This document shows, piece by piece, positions 50,415-59,480 of a stretch of 64,000 nt of DNA. Origin of the DNA: a virus. The stretch lies in the IMG/VR virus record IMGVR_UViG_3300043436_002028, positions 4,547 to 68,546 of that record; one strand, 5' to 3'. Position numbers and translations under genes: made by a program. Each line of letters starts with the position of its first letter. The first letter of the stretch is position 1. The notes under the pieces were generated by a model that was not told the DNA's origin, searched no databases, and worked only from the letters and a program-made list of their open reading frames with translations.

Positions 50415-52048
50415 TGGGTAACATTGTCAGCCGAAACAAACCTTGTCTTAACAAGGAATGCGGTTCGCATGATGCACGACAGATTTATGAAGACGGCACT
50501 TCGTACTGTTTTTCATGCAAGTCTTATTTTCCTAAACAAGAAGGTGAAATCATCGAAACTAATCAAAAAGCCCCAAACTTTTTTAAGTCAAAGATAACTC
50601 TTGATGAAATAAAAGAGTTGCCAATAAGGGGTTTTAAAGAAAGAAAGATCAATAAGAACGTTACTGAATTCTTTGAAGTAAAAGTTTCTTATAATGACAG
50701 TGGTGAGATTGATACCCATTATTATCCATATGATGGAGGTAAGTCTTACAAAATACGAAAGCTACCAAAAGACTTTTCTTGGATAAACAAGTCTAACAAT
50801 TTGTTTGGACAATCTAAATTCAATGGTGGTGGAAAGCGTTTAATTATTACCGAAGGTGAAATTGACGCTCTAAGCATTGCTCAAGCATCTCTAGAGAAGT
50901 ACAATAAGATTTATCCAGTTGTCGCATTATCGTCAGCAGTGATGACTAAATCACTCTTAGAAAATCGTGATTGGATTAGATCCTTTAACGAAGTAGTTCT
51001 TTGTTTAGATTCTGATGAAGCTGGCCAAAAAGCTACAGAAGAAGCTATTAAAATTGTTGGTATTGATAAAGTCAAGTTAGCAAAACTTCCTGCAAAAGAT
51101 CCAAATGAAGTTCTTGTAAAATTTGACGGTAATCGACTGCTACAATGTGTCTTTGATGCAGCTCCTCATGTTCCAGCAGGTATTATAAACAAAGAAGCTT
51201 TATGGGAAGCTCTTCAAAGCTATAATACAATTGCATCAGTAGCGTATCCTCCATGTTTAGAAGGTGTAAATTCTAAACTTAAAGGTATGCGTCCTGGTGA
51301 AATTTCATTGTTTATTTCGGGTACAGGTAGCGGTAAGTCTACAGTGCTTAGAGAAATAATGTTACATTTGTTACAAAACACATCTGATAAAATTGGTGTT
51401 GTTAGCTTAGAAGAAGCTCCAGCTGAAACTGCTAGAAAATTAGCAGGTATGGTTATTAATAAAAATCCTGCAAAAGAAGAAATTCCTTTAGATGAATTAA
51501 AAGTAGGCTTTGATAAAGTTTTTGGAGACGACCGTGTTATTTTACTAGATCACCAAGGCTCTATTAACGATAGCAGTATTATCGATAAGTTAGAGTATAT
51601 GTGTTTAAGTGGTTGTAGATATTTGTTTATTGATCATATTACCATATTGGTATCTGAAGGCGTTGAAAACTTAACAGGTAATGAAGCACAAGACAAAGTG
51701 ATGAATGATTTGTTAAGATTAGTTAAACGTCACCCTGTTTGGATTGGCCTAGTTTCACATTTACGAAAGGCTCCAGGTGGAGGTAAATCATTTGAAGAAG
51801 GAAAGTTGCCGTCTATTGACGACATTCGAGGCTCTGGTTCTATTAAACAAATATCGTTTGATATTATCTCATTTGCACGAAACTTGACTGCAGACAACGA
51901 GTTTGAAAGAAATACGATTAAAATGCGTATTTTAAAATCTCGTCACACAGGTCTAACTGGTACAGTAAAAGGTGCTCGTTATATCTATGATACTGGAAGA
52001 TTAGTTGGGGTGGAAGAAGATGTATCGGAAGAATTTGTTTCAATATAA
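50414..52048 (+). CDS. DNA primase-helicase (T7 gp4-like)
   Basis: Zn finger C....CGS.DA...YCFSC; TOPRIM TEGEIDA and D.D.AG; Walker A SGTGSGKS; IDHI, SHLRK, RGSGSI.Q. Confidence 0.95.
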   Translation: MGNIVSRNKPCLNKECGSHDARQIYEDGTSYCFSCKSYFPKQEGEIIETNQKAPNFFKSKITLDEIKELPIRGFKERKINKNVTEFFEVKVSYNDSGEIDTHYYPYDGGKSYKIRKLPKDFSWINKSNNLFGQSKFNGGGKRLIITEGEIDALSIAQASLEKYNKIYPVVALSSAVMTKSLLENRDWIRSFNEVVLCLDSDEAGQKATEEAIKIVGIDKVKLAKLPAKDPNEVLVKFDGNRLLQCVFDAAPHVPAGIINKEALWEALQSYNTIASVAYPPCLEGVNSKLKGMRPGEISLFISGTGSGKSTVLREIMLHLLQNTSDKIGVVSLEEAPAETARKLAGMVINKNPAKEEIPLDELKVGFDKVFGDDRVILLDHQGSINDSSIIDKLEYMCLSGCRYLFIDHITILVSEGVENLTGNEAQDKVMNDLLRLVKRHPVWIGLVSHLRKAPGGGKSFEEGKLPSIDDIRGSGSIKQISFDIISFARNLTADNEFERNTIKMRILKSRHTGLTGTVKGARYIYDTGRLVGVEEDVSEEFVSI

Positions 52049-52078
52049 CTTTCATTAACAAACAAGAAAAGGATTGAA

Positions 52079-53986
52079 ATGACTCAAGTCCAAACACCGT
52101 GGTCAACTGTTGGTTATCTTACATATAAAAGAACATATGCAAGACCGTTAGAAAATTCTAATGAAACTGAAGAATTTGTAGACACTATTGATCGTGTACT
52201 CGATGCTGCTAAAAATCAGCTTAATGTTGGTTTTACTGTAGAGGAGGAAGATCGCCTTAAAGATTATTTCTTGCAACTTAAATGTTCTGTTGCAGGTCGA
52301 TTCTTATGGCAGTTGGGTACAAAGACAGTTGATAGGTTAGGCTTAGCATCTTTACAAAACTGTGCATTTACTGTTGTAGACCATCCTATCAGACCTTTCT
52401 GCTGGGCAATGGATATGCTTGCGTTAGGCTCTGGTGTTGGTTACAACATTCAGCACGAGCATGTTGATAAACTTCCTGTTGTAAGAAATTGGTTTAGTCC
52501 TCCGACTAGAATGGATAATGGTGGTGCAGACTTCATTATTCCTGACTCTAGAGAAGGTTGGGTCAAATTTCTTGGTAAAACATTAAAAGCAGCTTTTCTA
52601 TCTGAATCCAAAGAAAAAGGCACTTTCACATATTCTACTCAAGCTATCCGTGGAAAAGGGACACCAATCAAAGGCTTTGGTGGTGTGGCTAGTGGTCCAG
52701 AAGACTTGTGTTGGGGTATTAACAAGATTTCAGAAATCTTGGTTAAACGCCGTGGTAAGAAAATCAGGCCTGTTGATGCGCTAGACATTATGAATATTAT
52801 CGGTCACATCATTGTGGCAGGTAATGTTCGTAGATCAGCTCAAATCGCTATTGGTGATCCTGATGATGTAGAATATTTGCTTGCTAAGCGTTGGGATATG
52901 GGCAATATCCCTTCATGGCGTGCAATGTCTAACAACAGTGTCGCTGTAGATGATATGAGAGACCTGCATGAATATTTCTGGGACGGTTACGAAGGTAAAG
53001 GCGAGCCTTATGGCCTTATCAATCTTCGGTTGTCTAGAAAGGTTGGACGATTGAACGATGATATGTATCCTGATCCAGAAGTAATGGGTTACAATCCTTG
53101 TGCTGAGCAATCACTTGCTCCATATGAGACTTGTTGTCTTGCTGAAGTATTTTTGCCTAATGTTCAATCTAAAGAAGAATTCTTAGATATTCTTGAATTG
53201 TTGTATCGAATTAATAAGCATTCACTGACACTACCCTCTCATCATCCAGAAACTGAGCGTATTGTTCACAAGAACATGCGCATGGGTATTGGATTGACAG
53301 GTATTCTTCAAGCAACCAAAGAGCAAAACTCTTGGATGGCTGAGGGCTATGAATACTTACGAGACTTTGATGAGCGTTATTCAGAAATGAATGGCTTTAA
53401 TAAGTCTATTAAACTGACTACTGTTAAGCCTTCAGGTACTCTGTCACTGCTTCCTGGCGTAACTCCTGGTATCCATCCTGGCTACGCACAGTATATGTAT
53501 CGTAGAATCCGTATTGCTGCAAGTCATCCTCTTGTAGAAACTTGCAGAGAAAATGGATATCCTGTCGAATATGTTCGAAACTTTGACAACTCCGAGGACT
53601 ACAACACTGTTGTGGTAACTTTCCCGTTTGCGTATCCTGAAGGTACTAAACTGGCTAAGGACATGACAGCTTTAGACCAACTTAAAGAGATTCGCAGACT
53701 TCAAGAAAACTGGTCCGATAATAGCGTGTCATGTACTGTCTATTATCGCAAAGAAGAAATTCCAGCAATTAGAGAATATCTCGCAAAGCATTATAGAAAC
53801 AACCATAAGAGTTTGTCATTCTTGTTGCATTCAGAACATGGATTCCAACAAGCTCCGTATGAAGAAATTACAAAGGAGCAGTATGATGAATTGGTTTCAA
53901 AGACTAAAGTTATCTCCTCAATTGGAGCACCCCTCGACTTTGATGGAGGAGACGAATGCTCAACAGGTGCGTGTCCGATCAGATAA
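52079..53986 (+). CDS. nrdJ: class II (adenosylcobalamin-dependent) ribonucleotide reductase
   Basis: NCAF, PDSREGW, GNVRRSA, NPCAEQ, TTVKPSGT and C-terminal C...ACP. Confidence 0.92.
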   Translation: MTQVQTPWSTVGYLTYKRTYARPLENSNETEEFVDTIDRVLDAAKNQLNVGFTVEEEDRLKDYFLQLKCSVAGRFLWQLGTKTVDRLGLASLQNCAFTVVDHPIRPFCWAMDMLALGSGVGYNIQHEHVDKLPVVRNWFSPPTRMDNGGADFIIPDSREGWVKFLGKTLKAAFLSESKEKGTFTYSTQAIRGKGTPIKGFGGVASGPEDLCWGINKISEILVKRRGKKIRPVDALDIMNIIGHIIVAGNVRRSAQIAIGDPDDVEYLLAKRWDMGNIPSWRAMSNNSVAVDDMRDLHEYFWDGYEGKGEPYGLINLRLSRKVGRLNDDMYPDPEVMGYNPCAEQSLAPYETCCLAEVFLPNVQSKEEFLDILELLYRINKHSLTLPSHHPETERIVHKNMRMGIGLTGILQATKEQNSWMAEGYEYLRDFDERYSEMNGFNKSIKLTTVKPSGTLSLLPGVTPGIHPGYAQYMYRRIRIAASHPLVETCRENGYPVEYVRNFDNSEDYNTVVVTFPFAYPEGTKLAKDMTALDQLKEIRRLQENWSDNSVSCTVYYRKEEIPAIREYLAKHYRNNHKSLSFLLHSEHGFQQAPYEEITKEQYDELVSKTKVISSIGAPLDFDGGDECSTGACPIR

Positions 53987-54205
53987 AAAGGCTGAAATAG
54001 TCTTAAGTGATGGATCATTTGCATCTATTTATCATTTAAAATTAGGTCATCTAGTCTTAACAGAAGATAGCAGTGATATGCTACGTGCTGCTAAGTTGAT
54101 AACCTTGACTGTGAAAATAGATGATAAATACATTGGAATTGAAGAGGCACTAAATCTAAATGTGTCAGATTTCAATTTAATCATAAAACATTTGACTAAG
54201 TAAAT

Positions 54206-54231
54206 AAGGCGAGGTTCAATCCTCGCCTTTT
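54206..54231 (+). terminator. intrinsic terminator
   Basis: AAGGCGAGG-TTCAAT-CCTCGCCTT followed by TT. Confidence 0.7.
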
Positions 54232-54249
54232 AAATTGAAAGGAAACAAA

Positions 54250-54603
54250 ATGAGTGTTACATTCCATCCAGATGTGCATGATAGATTCTTTGTAGTACCT
54301 AACAAAGATTTTAATCCCGCAGAACCAGAAGATCCTATTTATAACCCTCGAACATCACTAGAAGAAATTTACTTAAGCGTAAATCTCTCTAATATTAGTG
54401 CAGGTATGATTTTACGTTTGATAGGTTATTATAACGAAGAATTATATGGAAGAATTGGCGGTAAAGATCTTGACAACTTTATTGATGCTGTAGTGGTCTT
54501 GCAAGAAAAATATGATGATAATTATATTACAAGCACTTCTGCACGCTTAGAAAGAGTTGCAAGGCTTAGTAAGCATCTTAATGTACCCCTAGTATGGGCG
54601 TAA
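54250..54603 (+). CDS. hypothetical protein
   Basis: RBS GAAAGGA. Confidence 0.6.
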   Translation: MSVTFHPDVHDRFFVVPNKDFNPAEPEDPIYNPRTSLEEIYLSVNLSNISAGMILRLIGYYNEELYGRIGGKDLDNFIDAVVVLQEKYDDNYITSTSARLERVARLSKHLNVPLVWA

Positions 54604-54610
54604 GGAGAAT

Positions 54611-54895
54611 ATGATGGAGCTCGAAAGAGACGATATTGCTCGACAAGAATTTGAGCAAGACTTGTTAAGTGTTATTCTGAAACATGAGATTAATACTAAA
54701 ACAAATATACCAGATATTATCTTGGTAAAGAATATAATAAATACAATAAATCAATTGCAACAGTTTGATGCGGATATGTCTGATTTTTATGAATCAGAAA
54801 TAACTTATGATAGTGATGATGGCGACCATGCCTCAGCTCTAGCGTCCGCAGGATGGGGAACGGATGAAGATTACGGATCAGCAGATAATTATTAA
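54611..54895 (+). CDS. hypothetical protein
   Basis: RBS AAGGAG; acidic tail with ALASAGWGTDEDYG. Confidence 0.6.
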   Translation: MMELERDDIARQEFEQDLLSVILKHEINTKTNIPDIILVKNIINTINQLQQFDADMSDFYESEITYDSDDGDHASALASAGWGTDEDYGSADNY

Positions 54896-54923
54896 TAACT
54901 TTCTAAAAACCTCAAAAAATTAT

Positions 54924-54951
54924 TTGAGAGTAATTTAGTATCTTATATGAA
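54924..54951 (+). promoter_or_regulatory. motif B copy 3
   Basis: TTGAGAGTAATTTAGTATCTTATATGAA abutting the RBS AAGGAG. Confidence 0.7.
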
Positions 54952-54962
54952 AGGAGACAGTA

Positions 54963-55118
54963 ATGAACTGTTTTGAAAATGAAGTTAAGGCCTTAATAAT
55001 TAAATATAAAATGGACTTAGAGACTGGTATGAAGCCTGAGCATCTAGCGGCTTACTTAGATAGGTGCTTTAAAAACCTAAGAGAAACAATTGTTACTATC
55101 GTGGAGGACGAACAATGA
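54963..55118 (+). CDS. hypothetical protein (51 aa; not in ORF track)
   Basis: RBS AAGGAG; resembles the N-terminal half of 54611-54895. Confidence 0.6.
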   Translation: MNCFENEVKALIIKYKMDLETGMKPEHLAAYLDRCFKNLRETIVTIVEDEQ

Positions 55119-55276
55119 ATACCTGGTCTGTAAAGTATTGGAGTATGCTTATCTCTCAATATCAATACACAGTTATTCAGGCTGTTGATTTGTCAGATTT
55201 ATCTCACAAGCTGTACGCTATGAATATTTATCCAAATACTATACTCAAAGTTGAAAAGGTGGCTGTACATGTTTAA
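55115..55276 (+). CDS. hypothetical protein (53 aa; not in ORF track)
   Basis: RBS GGAGG; ATGA overlap. Confidence 0.5.
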   Translation: MNTWSVKYWSMLISQYQYTVIQAVDLSDLSHKLYAMNIYPNTILKVEKVAVHV

Positions 55277-56168
55277 GCCTATGCTTGCACCTGGAGAAGA
55301 TCCAAAGTCATTTCCAGACTATTTTAAGAAGCTCAAGTATCCATTGTTAGCTTCAGCTAAATACGATGGAATTCGATGTGTAGTAAAGTCTGGTCATTGC
55401 TTGTCTAGAAGTGGAAAAATATTACCTTCACTACAAGTTCAAGAAGAATTTAGTCATTTGAAGGATTTAGATGGTGAACTTATTGAAGGCAATCCTACAG
55501 ATCATGATGTATACAATCGGACACAAAGCCATGTAATGTCTGAAGATAAGCCTGGTAACTTAACATTCTATGTATTTGATTATACTCACGAAGATTTTCT
55601 TCAAAAACCGTTCTATGAAAGACTTGAAGAGGTTGAGAAAATTTTGAAGCTTTATGATATGCAATCTGTAAAGATTGTGCCTCATGAAAATATTGAAAAT
55701 TACGAAGAGCTAATAGCTTTTGAAAACAAGTGTCTTGAACTTGGTTTTGAAGGTATTATGATGAGAGATCCTTTAGGTTATTACAAGAACGGACGAGGCA
55801 CTTTTAGAGAAGGGCTTATCTATAAACTTAAAAGATTTGAAGATTCCGAAGGTGTAATTGTAGGTCTTGAAGAACAAATGACTAATAACAACACTCTTGA
55901 AAAGGATGAGTTAGGTTATGCTAAGAGATCTTATGCAAAAGATGGAATGGTTCCATCAGGAACTTTAGGTAATTTTAAAGTTGTATGGAATGAAATGTAC
56001 TTGGACATTGCTCCAGGTTCTTTCAATCATGAACAACGACAAAAGATCTGGAATAACCCATCTAGGTATATTGGCAAGTTACTTAAATTTAGATACTTTA
56101 ACCATGGGATTAAAGACAAGCCACGATTCCCTCGTGCTGTGGGCTTTAGAGATGAAATGGATCTATAA
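55269..56168 (+). CDS. ATP-dependent DNA ligase
   Basis: KPMLA, KYDGIR (motif I), DGEL, FYVFD, EG.M.R, KLK, PRFP. Confidence 0.92.
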   Translation: MFKPMLAPGEDPKSFPDYFKKLKYPLLASAKYDGIRCVVKSGHCLSRSGKILPSLQVQEEFSHLKDLDGELIEGNPTDHDVYNRTQSHVMSEDKPGNLTFYVFDYTHEDFLQKPFYERLEEVEKILKLYDMQSVKIVPHENIENYEELIAFENKCLELGFEGIMMRDPLGYYKNGRGTFREGLIYKLKRFEDSEGVIVGLEEQMTNNNTLEKDELGYAKRSYAKDGMVPSGTLGNFKVVWNEMYLDIAPGSFNHEQRQKIWNNPSRYIGKLLKFRYFNHGIKDKPRFPRAVGFRDEMDL

Positions 56169-56417
56169 TGAAAAAGAGTAATTGGAGGCTCAACAGACTT
56201 TAAATTATTAAGGAGATTAAATTGACTGAGACAGTAGATGAAATGCAAGAGTATATAACATACTCTGGCGGAGATATAGCTGATTTTGTTATGAATCAAC
56301 AACAGGAGGTAATTGAACTATTTGAAACAGGTTCAGCCGAGTTTTATATAAATGAAAAATGCTATATTATTAAAATCAATATAGTTGAAGTTAAACCAAA
56401 CCTTTAGGATTAAAGAA

Positions 56418-57389
56418 ATGTCAGGAATGAAAAGGAATACAATCAAACTAGTTTTGAAAGAAAAACTTGAAAGCTGGCTTGAAACCGTGGATGATCAAAA
56501 TGTCTCTAGTTTAATTAAGAGAGATGTTATTGTTAGTGGGGGTGCAATTGCCTCTATGCTAGCAGGAGAAAAGATTAATGATTATGATCTTTACTTTAGA
56601 ACCAGAGAGACTACAGAAGCTGTTGCAAAATACTATGTAAATAAGTTTAATGAATCTAATGGGCAACTTTCTACAAAAGCAATGAGGTCTTGTAACCCAG
56701 AAGTCAAGACAGAAATTAGAAAGAATGTCAAGGGTAATGAAGAACACCGTGTAATTATTTACATGAAATCTTCAGGAGTTGCCTCTGAAAATCAATCTGA
56801 ATATCGTTACTTCGAAGGCGAGGGTGAAGTATCTGCTGATGAATTTATGGATTCTCTTAAAACAGATCCAATGGAAACTGCAACAGATTTAGTTGAAATC
56901 GTAAAGGATAAGAAAACTAAATTTAGGCCTGTGTTCTTTTCAGAGAATGCGATCACACTTTCAGATAAAGTACAACTAGTAATTCGCTTTTACGGTTCTC
57001 CAGAAGAAATTCACGAGAATTATGACTATGCACATTCAATGTGCTACTACGACTATCAAGCAGATTCCCTAGTATTGCATCCAGAAGCTCTAGAGTGTGT
57101 TTTATCAAAAACTCTTATCTATAAAGGAAGTTTGTACCCAATTGCATCTATCTTTAGAATCAGGAAATTTATTGAAAGAGGTTGGCGAATTACTGCAGGT
57201 CAGCTCTTAAAAATTATCTGGCAGATTAATGAAATAGATTTAAAAGACCCTGCTGTACTGAAAGAACAGCTTACTGGTGTAGATCAAGCTTATATGCATC
57301 AATTGCTGAGAGCTTTAGAAACTAAAGAAGCGAATCAAAAGATTGATAGCACTTATCTTGCAAAATTAATTGACGAAATTTTTGAATAA
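56418..57389 (+). CDS. nucleotidyltransferase (Pol-beta superfamily)
   Basis: VSGGAI.S.L.....NDYDLYF signature; ..DY.H and R..KF..RGW. Confidence 0.7.
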   Translation: MSGMKRNTIKLVLKEKLESWLETVDDQNVSSLIKRDVIVSGGAIASMLAGEKINDYDLYFRTRETTEAVAKYYVNKFNESNGQLSTKAMRSCNPEVKTEIRKNVKGNEEHRVIIYMKSSGVASENQSEYRYFEGEGEVSADEFMDSLKTDPMETATDLVEIVKDKKTKFRPVFFSENAITLSDKVQLVIRFYGSPEEIHENYDYAHSMCYYDYQADSLVLHPEALECVLSKTLIYKGSLYPIASIFRIRKFIERGWRITAGQLLKIIWQINEIDLKDPAVLKEQLTGVDQAYMHQLLRALETKEANQKIDSTYLAKLIDEIFE

Positions 57390-57398
57390 GGATTTAAA

Positions 57399-57644
57399 AT
57401 GGAATTCACTGAAGACACCCTTAAAAAGATAACAAATAATGAATTTATTACTTGGATTATGAACTATTCAAATTCAGGTGCACTTTCACAAGCTGTTGTT
57501 ATTGAAGCTCTTAGATACTATACAGATTATGTTCTTAAGAAAGGAGAACCTGTAGAAACTGGAAATGAAATTATCAGACCGATAGCTTGGTACAAAGCTG
57601 CTGAAGAAATCAATCAAAAAGTGAAACTCAAATATGGAAATTAA
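57399..57644 (+). CDS. hypothetical protein
   Basis: RBS AAGGA; TN.EF....M..S..GAL.QA.VIEA.R.Y. Confidence 0.6.
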   Translation: MEFTEDTLKKITNNEFITWIMNYSNSGALSQAVVIEALRYYTDYVLKKGEPVETGNEIIRPIAWYKAAEEINQKVKLKYGN

Positions 57645-58494
57645 AATGCAAAAGCCTTTAGTTATATATCACAAAGACTGCGCAGACGGCTTAGCTGCTG
57701 CATGGTGTTTCTGGAAACAGTACAAAGATTCGTTTGATTATTATCCTGGTGTTTATAATGTTCCACCACCAGATGTGTTCGATCGAGATGTTTACATGGT
57801 AGACTTCTCGTATAAACACGATGTAATGGAAATGATTTGTAAATACGCTAACAAAGTTGTACTGCTCGATCATCATAAATCAGCACTTGACGATTTATGG
57901 GATCTTGCGGCACTTCCAAACTTTTCAATGGATTATGCAACAGACAGCATGAGTGGTGCTATGATTGCATGGCAGTATGTTAAAGACACGAGTGGTCATA
58001 AAAGAAAACTGCCAGAGCTTCTGAAACACATTCAAGATCGAGACTTGTGGAAGTTTGAACTACCTCATACTCGTGAAATAATGTCTGCTGTATTTTCCTA
58101 TGAAAAGTCTATGACTGAATATGATAAGCTAATGAAGCTTACTAAAGTCGGTATTAAAGACTTAGTTAAAGAGGGTAAAATTATTGAGCGTAAATATCAA
58201 ATGGATCTTTGTGGCTTGATAGCTCAATGTAAACGACACATAGAGTTTGAAGGTTACAATGTACCAATTGCAAACCTTAATGGCTTGTATGCAAGTGATG
58301 CTGGAAGTGTTATGTCAGAAGGATACCCATTCTCTATGACATATTATGATACAGAAAATCATCGAGTGTTTAGTTTGAGATCAAAACCTACAGGTATTGA
58401 TGTCTCAGAGATTGCCGCTAAATATAACGGTGGTGGTCATAAACATGCTGCAGGTTTTAAGGTAGTTCGTAGTCATGCTCTCTCAAAAATTTAG
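57634..58494 (+). CDS. DHH/DHHA1 family phosphoesterase
   Basis: YH..C.DG..AAW, VDF, LDHHKS, QDRDLW, SLRS, GGGH..AAG. Confidence 0.88.
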   Translation: MEIKMQKPLVIYHKDCADGLAAAWCFWKQYKDSFDYYPGVYNVPPPDVFDRDVYMVDFSYKHDVMEMICKYANKVVLLDHHKSALDDLWDLAALPNFSMDYATDSMSGAMIAWQYVKDTSGHKRKLPELLKHIQDRDLWKFELPHTREIMSAVFSYEKSMTEYDKLMKLTKVGIKDLVKEGKIIERKYQMDLCGLIAQCKRHIEFEGYNVPIANLNGLYASDAGSVMSEGYPFSMTYYDTENHRVFSLRSKPTGIDVSEIAAKYNGGGHKHAAGFKVVRSHALSKI

Positions 58495-58793
58495 TCATAA
58501 ATTTTGTACAGTCTGTAAAGTATCAGATTGTCTTACAGGTAAATATTTAAAAATACCTGAAAATACTATGCGACAAAGATGGGTATGTCAAAAGTGTATT
58601 GCCAGAGCTACGTCCAGTATAGTTAAATTTAATCTAAAAATAAACACTTTAAATCGCCCCGAGGTGCAAGCCGCAAGGATCGGGAAGAGTTGCCCCATGA
58701 GTTGCCCGCACAGCTCCACCATGGCCTGTCTGGGTAGCCCCTTGGGGCAGTTTGAAACCAAAGGAGACTAATAGATGAACGATCCCTAGACAA

Positions 58794-58809
58794 CCCGTTA
58801 AATTAACCC
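58794..58809 (+). promoter_or_regulatory. motif A copy 4
   Basis: Exact CCCGTTAAATTAACCC. Confidence 0.7.
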
Positions 58810-58849
58810 TATTTCTGAAAATAGAGTTAGGTTTCCCAACGCTGGCCGT

Positions 58850-58878
58850 TTGCGTTAAAAATGGTATCTTATATGATA
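58850..58878 (+). promoter_or_regulatory. motif B copy 4
   Basis: TTGCGTTAAAAATGGTATCTTATATGATA. Confidence 0.75.
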
Positions 58879-58918
58879 GCGCAGTGCTGTCATTTCACAA
58901 TCTTAAGGAAATTTGAAA

Positions 58919-59473
58919 ATGGAACTCAAGCAAGTATTCACCACACCCGATGGCAAGACCTTTGACACCAAGGCTGAAGCTCTGAATTATCTTCGCAAGC
59001 CGATGATCAAAGAAGCGATGTCCAAAGTGACTGGTGGCAATGCTGAACTGACCGCTTGGTTGGTTGATCATCAAGAAGCTGTTGAAGTTGCTTTCGAAAC
59101 TGGCACTATTCGCCGTGTTACGAAGTCTGAGCATAACAAGCTGTCTAAGGCTTTGGAAGCTCTGAAGGAAATCCAAGGTAACAGCAAGATTGCATTCTTG
59201 CAAGAAAATACTGGTGCTATTTTGGATTCTTTCCGTTGGCCTTCTGTCAAGCGTATGGACGAAGCTGAAAAGGCTACTGCTGCTCGTAACTCTTTGGTTG
59301 CCGCTTCTGAAGGTAATGAAGAGCTGGCTAACTGGGTTATCGCTAACAAGGATGCTATCCTTGCCGCCTATGAAGCTGGCGTTCAGAAGCGTGAAGTGAA
59401 CCCGAAAGCTGCTGAGGCTCTTGCTGCTTATCGTGCTAAGAAAGCTGCTGAGAAAGCTAACCAAGCTGCGTAA
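58919..59473 (+). CDS. putative highly expressed hypothetical protein with an internal repeat
   Basis: Capsid-like codon bias; two GN.EL..W......A...A.E.G repeats; Ala/Lys-rich tail. Confidence 0.75.
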   Translation: MELKQVFTTPDGKTFDTKAEALNYLRKPMIKEAMSKVTGGNAELTAWLVDHQEAVEVAFETGTIRRVTKSEHNKLSKALEALKEIQGNSKIAFLQENTGAILDSFRWPSVKRMDEAEKATAARNSLVAASEGNEELANWVIANKDAILAAYEAGVQKREVNPKAAEALAAYRAKKAAEKANQAA

Positions 59474-59480
59474 GTAACAG

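Noticed and set aside
45469-53986. Inteins or introns in polA, helicase or nrdJ
   Set aside because: All are compact, uninterrupted ORFs of normal length without splicing motifs; the GIY-YIG gene is free-standing.
58475-58771. 98-aa ORF with two CxxC pairs
   Set aside because: Weak RBS and its 3' half runs through the GC-rich structured patch; may be real but not supportable as a feature.
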